Part shown: positions 60,400 through 64,000 of the stretch, piece after piece | Position numbering within the stretch: position 1 is the stretch's first letter | Layout of the letters: each line of letters begins with the position of its first letter | Assembly: GCA_965223905.1 (NCBI GenBank) | Contig: CBDCXV010000001.1 | Span: 1,600,001-1,664,000 of the forward strand | DNA: 64,000 bases | Direction of reading: 5' to 3' | From: Candidatus Latescibacterota bacterium | GTDB taxonomy: Bacteria; Latescibacterota; UBA2968; UBA8231 | Program-made: the position numbers and the translations under genes | The notes under the pieces: generated by a model | Told to the model about the DNA's origin: nothing | What the model saw: only the letters and a program-made list of their open reading frames with translations | The model's database searches: none

Positions 60400-60791
60400 G
60401 CTCCGGCGCAATCCGAAGGCCGTGATGGCGAGTCGGCAAGGAAGCAGAGCGTCCCGACCGGAACCAGGAGAACACCGATGAACGGGTCTCCGCCATGAGT
60501 CCGGATTCCCCCGAGAAAGAACCCCAGGGGAAGAAGCAGGGCCGCGGCGATCAGCAGCGGGGAGGCCTTCGCCAGGCGCTCGGCCGCCGGGGGCTCCTGG
60601 CTCCCCGCGACGAGGGCGTACAGGATGTTGACGATTGCCAGCAGCCCTCCGTGGGCGTGGGCGAGCCTCCACATCCGCCTCCGCACCTCGTTTCCGACGT
60701 CGAGGTACCGCCCGACCTTGAAGCCGTGCATCGACTCCAGCGCGATCCCAAGGGTCGCGAAGAGAAGCAGGGCGAACCATCCGAAGCGCAT
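60400..60791 (-). CDS. Small membrane protein (AHAHG motif); 3' end uncertain
   Basis: Four hydrophobic segments, RRMWRLAHAHGGLL; composition degrades after LCFLA. Confidence 0.55.
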
Positions 60792-61069
60792 GTTGCGGCC
60801 GGCAATCCACCGGGATCCTGTCGTGGGTATTCATCACCAACGGAACGACCCCGCAAAAATACTCCCGGTAACCGCCGGCGGAGGCGTATGTTCTGGGATT
60901 ACGACGGAACCCCGACTGCACCGGCACCGCGGCGACGAGCTGTCTGCAGGCAGGAAAACGCCCCGGCGCCCATCCTCCAGGCTTGGTTTGCCCTCAAGGA
61001 ACAGGATGAACCGGCGGTGTATCTGGTGAAGCTTCACCCTTTGCAACGGCCCCCCGACCCCGAAGGGGG

Positions 61070-62911
61070 GTGAACCCTGCCCAGGCAGCGATTTCCCTTC
61101 CGGGCCGTCGGCGTCGGCGCCCTGATGGCCTTTGCCATAGCAACCCTGTTTCCCTACGGCGTCCTCGTCAGGGGCACCTCCATCGGCCCCACCGATTTCA
61201 TCACCTCGGAGTCGCTGTTTCTGCTGTTCCTGCTGGTCGTCGTCAACACCCCGGCGAGGTGGCTGCTGCCCCGGTTTGCCTTCTCGGCTCACGAGCTGGT
61301 CGTCATCTACGCGATGATGATCGCCGCTTCCGCAGTGCCCATCATCGGCGTCACCGCTCAGCTCATCCCCTTTCTGCCGGGTGTCTACTACTTCGCCACC
61401 CCCGAGAACCACTGGGACGAGCTGATCCACCCCTATGTGAAGTCCTGGCTGGCGCCCCAGGACGAGGCCGCGGTCCGCTACTTCTTCGAGGGCCTGCCAG
61501 GCGCTGGCAGGACGAGCGCCTCGTCTACCCGCTCGTGCAGCTGCCGCTCGACATGGTCTCCGAGGACGGCGGCGGCTCACCGGTGAACCGGTTCCTGAAG
61601 AGCCCCCTGATGTGGCTGGGGTTCGCCATACCGTTCGTGCTGCTCAGCTTCTCCGGTCTCCACGCCCATTTTCCCGCCATCCCCGGCCTCGAGCTCAGCA
61701 CCGCGTTACCGCTGTTCCACGGCATGAAGGGATTGGGGTACGCCCAGGACGAGGTCTTCGTCTCCCTGCGCTTCCTCCTCATCGGACTGAGCTACTTCGT
61801 CCCTCTCGAAGTGTCGTTCAGCCTGTGGTTCTTCTACCTGCTGAACCACCTGCAGGTCGGCCTCTTCACTCGCATCGGTTTCGACGTGCCGGGGTTCCAG
61901 GAACTGCACTCCGAAGGCACCATCGCCAGCGCCCACCAGGGTATGGGGGCGATGATCGCCCTGGTGGCCGTTTCCCTGTGGACGGCGAGGCGCCACCTTG
62001 CCGGCGCCTTCCGCTCCGCGTTCTCGAGGGGCGCTGCCGGGGACGGGGAGGAGATGCTTCGCTACCGCACCTGTGTCTGGATGCTGCTCGCCGCGGCGGC
62101 CTATGCGGTAGCCTGGCTGAACGCGGCCGGGGTGCCTGTCGCCGTCGCCATGGCGCTTCTGGCGGTGGCGTTCGCCGTCTTCATCGGTCTGACACGGGTT
62201 GTAGCGGAAGGGGGAATAGGCTACGGCCGGGCGACCATGACCCCGATGGGATTCACCGTGCACCTCTTCGGGACTGCGCAGATCGGTCCCGAGGGGCTGA
62301 CCCATTTCGCCCTCGCTCACGGCTGGGGCGGCGACATTCGCACCACGGTGATGACCTCGGCGGCGAACGGCCTCAAACTCGCGACGGCAACCCGTACCCG
62401 GCCGCAGCCGCTGTTCTGGGCGATCCTCATCGCGGTGACAGTGGCGCTGGCCGGATCCGCCTGGACCGTGATATCCGCAGGCTACGCCCACGGCGGGATC
62501 AACCTGCACTACTGGTTCTACGGCCGTTTCGGGCAGTGGGCGTTCGAGCAGCTGGCGATCAAGCAGCTCAACCCGATACCGGACTGGAACATCCTCGGGC
62601 CTCGGGGGCTGTTCACGGCGCTCGGCGCCGGGGGGATGGGGGTGCTGATGTTCCTCCGCCACCGGTTTCTCGGGTGGCCGCTGCATTACATCGGCTTTCC
62701 GGTCGCCGGCACCTACGTCATGTTCTTCGCCTGGTTCGGGCTCTTCACCGGCTGGCTGTTCAAGCTCGTCATCCTCAGGTACGGAGGCAGCCGGCTCTAC
62801 CTGCGCATGCGGCCCTTCTTCCTGGGGATGGTGCTGGGCAACATCGTCTGCGCCGGTTTCTGGATGGCCGTGACTCTGATCACCGGGGTGCGCGCCCCCA
62901 TCCCGCTCTGA
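61070..62911 (+). pseudogene. DUF6785/DUF6784-type polytopic membrane protein, frameshifted/internally deleted
   Basis: ELVVIYAM, YFATPENHW, YFFEGL in one frame; ERLVYPLVQLP, WPLHYIG, RPFFLG in another. Confidence 0.7.
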
Positions 62912-63153
62912 GGGCGGGGCCGCGGGCGCCGAGGCGGGCACAGCTGGAAGCCCAGGATCGGGATAGTCGATCAGCTGGCGGCCTGCGAAACACCCCCCGC
63001 CTCCCTGTTCCACACTTCGAGGGGGTTCCCTCCACGGTGCGGACAACCATTCCCCGAACCATCGCCGCGGCCGCCGTCCGGCAAGCCGCGGTGTCAACAC
63101 CGTCCCGCTCCGATCATCCGCCTTTCCGGAAGGGAAAATCGTGCAAGGGGCAA

Positions 63154-64000
63154 CTACGTGCCCGGTACGCGGTGCGCCAGCCGCTGCAGGATCTCCCTGG
63201 CGTTGCTTTCGCCCGGATCGATTAGCAGGGCCCGGCGCAGCTCGACTCTGGCGGCCCTCCATTTCTCCTGCACAAGGGCGACCACCCCGAGAAGCATGTG
63301 GCGCCGAGCTTCGAAGCGCCGGTCGAGCCGTTTCGCCGTCTCCTCGTCGACGCCTGGGAGGTACGGAACTATGCTCGCCGTCAGTTGCGTTGAGACGCTG
63401 CGAAGCGCCGGCATGCCCCGGCTGGTCCCCTTGCGCTTGCGCTCGGAGAAACTGATGTAGGGACGGTCGTCGGTGTTCGTGGGACCGGTGCCCGCATAGG
63501 CGGCCAGCCCCGTCTCGCCGAGGGCGAGGGTGCTGAGCAGGGAGATCGCGTCTCCGAGGAAGACCTCGTCCAGCTGCCGGCTGATCGACGTTTCGCGCAG
63601 CCTGGCGTTCAGCTGTTCGACGTCGATGTGCAATCTCTCCGGGGTGGCCAGCATCACCGCGTAGCTTCGCGTCAGCCACAGGGAGGCGTGCGGGAACACG
63701 GTCCGGAAGGTGCGCAGGATCATCTTGAAATCCGCCACCGTGAGGCCGTGCAGGGGCAGCCACTGGGCGACGATCCCCCCGGGGTTCAGCCGTTGCCGGC
63801 ACAGCCGGTAGAACTCCTCCGTGTACAGCACCCAGCTGTCCGCGGTGCCGGGATGGGTGGCGTCGCCGATGAGGAGGTCGTACGTGCGCTCGCTGCGCAG
63901 CACGTGGTTGCGGCCGTCCTCGGGAATCAGCTCGAGAACCCCCTGCCCGAAACGCTCGTACACCTCGTTGTTGTGGTCGGCGAAGTGAATCCCCGCTTCC
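63154..64000 (-). CDS. Spermidine synthase-like methyltransferase domain with C-terminal TPR (partial; start beyond window)
   Basis: EDGRNHV, YDLLIGDATHP, LYTEEFY, LNPGGIVAQWLP, NTDDRP. Confidence 0.8.
   Translation of the reverse strand, partial: EAGIHFADHNNEVYERFGQGVLELIPEDGRNHVLRSERTYDLLIGDATHPGTADSWVLYTEEFYRLCRQRLNPGGIVAQWLPLHGLTVADFKMILRTFRTVFPHASLWLTRSYAVMLATPERLHIDVEQLNARLRETSISRQLDEVFLGDAISLLSTLALGETGLAAYAGTGPTNTDDRPYISFSERKRKGTSRGMPALRSVSTQLTASIVPYLPGVDEETAKRLDRRFEARRHMLLGVVALVQEKWRAARVELRRALLIDPGESNAREILQRLAHRVPGT

Noticed and set aside
1-64000. CRISPR array, tRNA or rRNA
   Set aside because: No regularly spaced 25-45-bp repeats with unique spacers and no cloverleaf or rRNA signatures seen by eye; the periodic repeats are coding (YWTD, CARDB)

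Overview
High-GC bacterial DNA. The gene content suggests a sponge-symbiont-type Latescibacterota/Poribacteria-like organism (inference only): eight PhyH-family Fe(II)/2-oxoglutarate dioxygenase genes or remnants, a giant YWTD/CARDB/dockerin surface protein, AAA+PD-(D/E)XK proteins and a DUF6785-type membrane protein. A GC-rich catabolic backbone (uxuA-like, gnd, amtB, queD-like, RraA-like, ilvC-like, HpcH aldolase, enolase-superfamily enzyme) is interrupted by visibly lower-GC cargo blocks at about 9.3-12.5, 28.3-31.6, 37.8-46.2 and 49.1-50.4 kb. The most striking hidden structure is that three of these blocks lie between a backbone gene and a degenerate direct-repeat copy of that gene's own 3' end, with no integrase in view. 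This looks like tandem stacking of alternative alleles at gene-end hotspots. Other highlights: an unannotated GHKL kinase + DUF4325 STAS + membrane protein operon; a shared C-terminal 'SW(G/A)RIK' tail in three places; an IS1380 composite transposon splitting an IS256 with a TAGA duplication; two ISL3 copies with exact 8-bp target-site duplications (TSDs); a MITE-like insert inactivating a HEPN-like gene; a sigma54 promoter with candidate enhancer sites; and a structured element upstream of gnd. No rRNA, tRNA or CRISPR array was seen. Many frameshifts are present and some may be assembly indels. All family calls come from motif recognition by eye, not from database searches.
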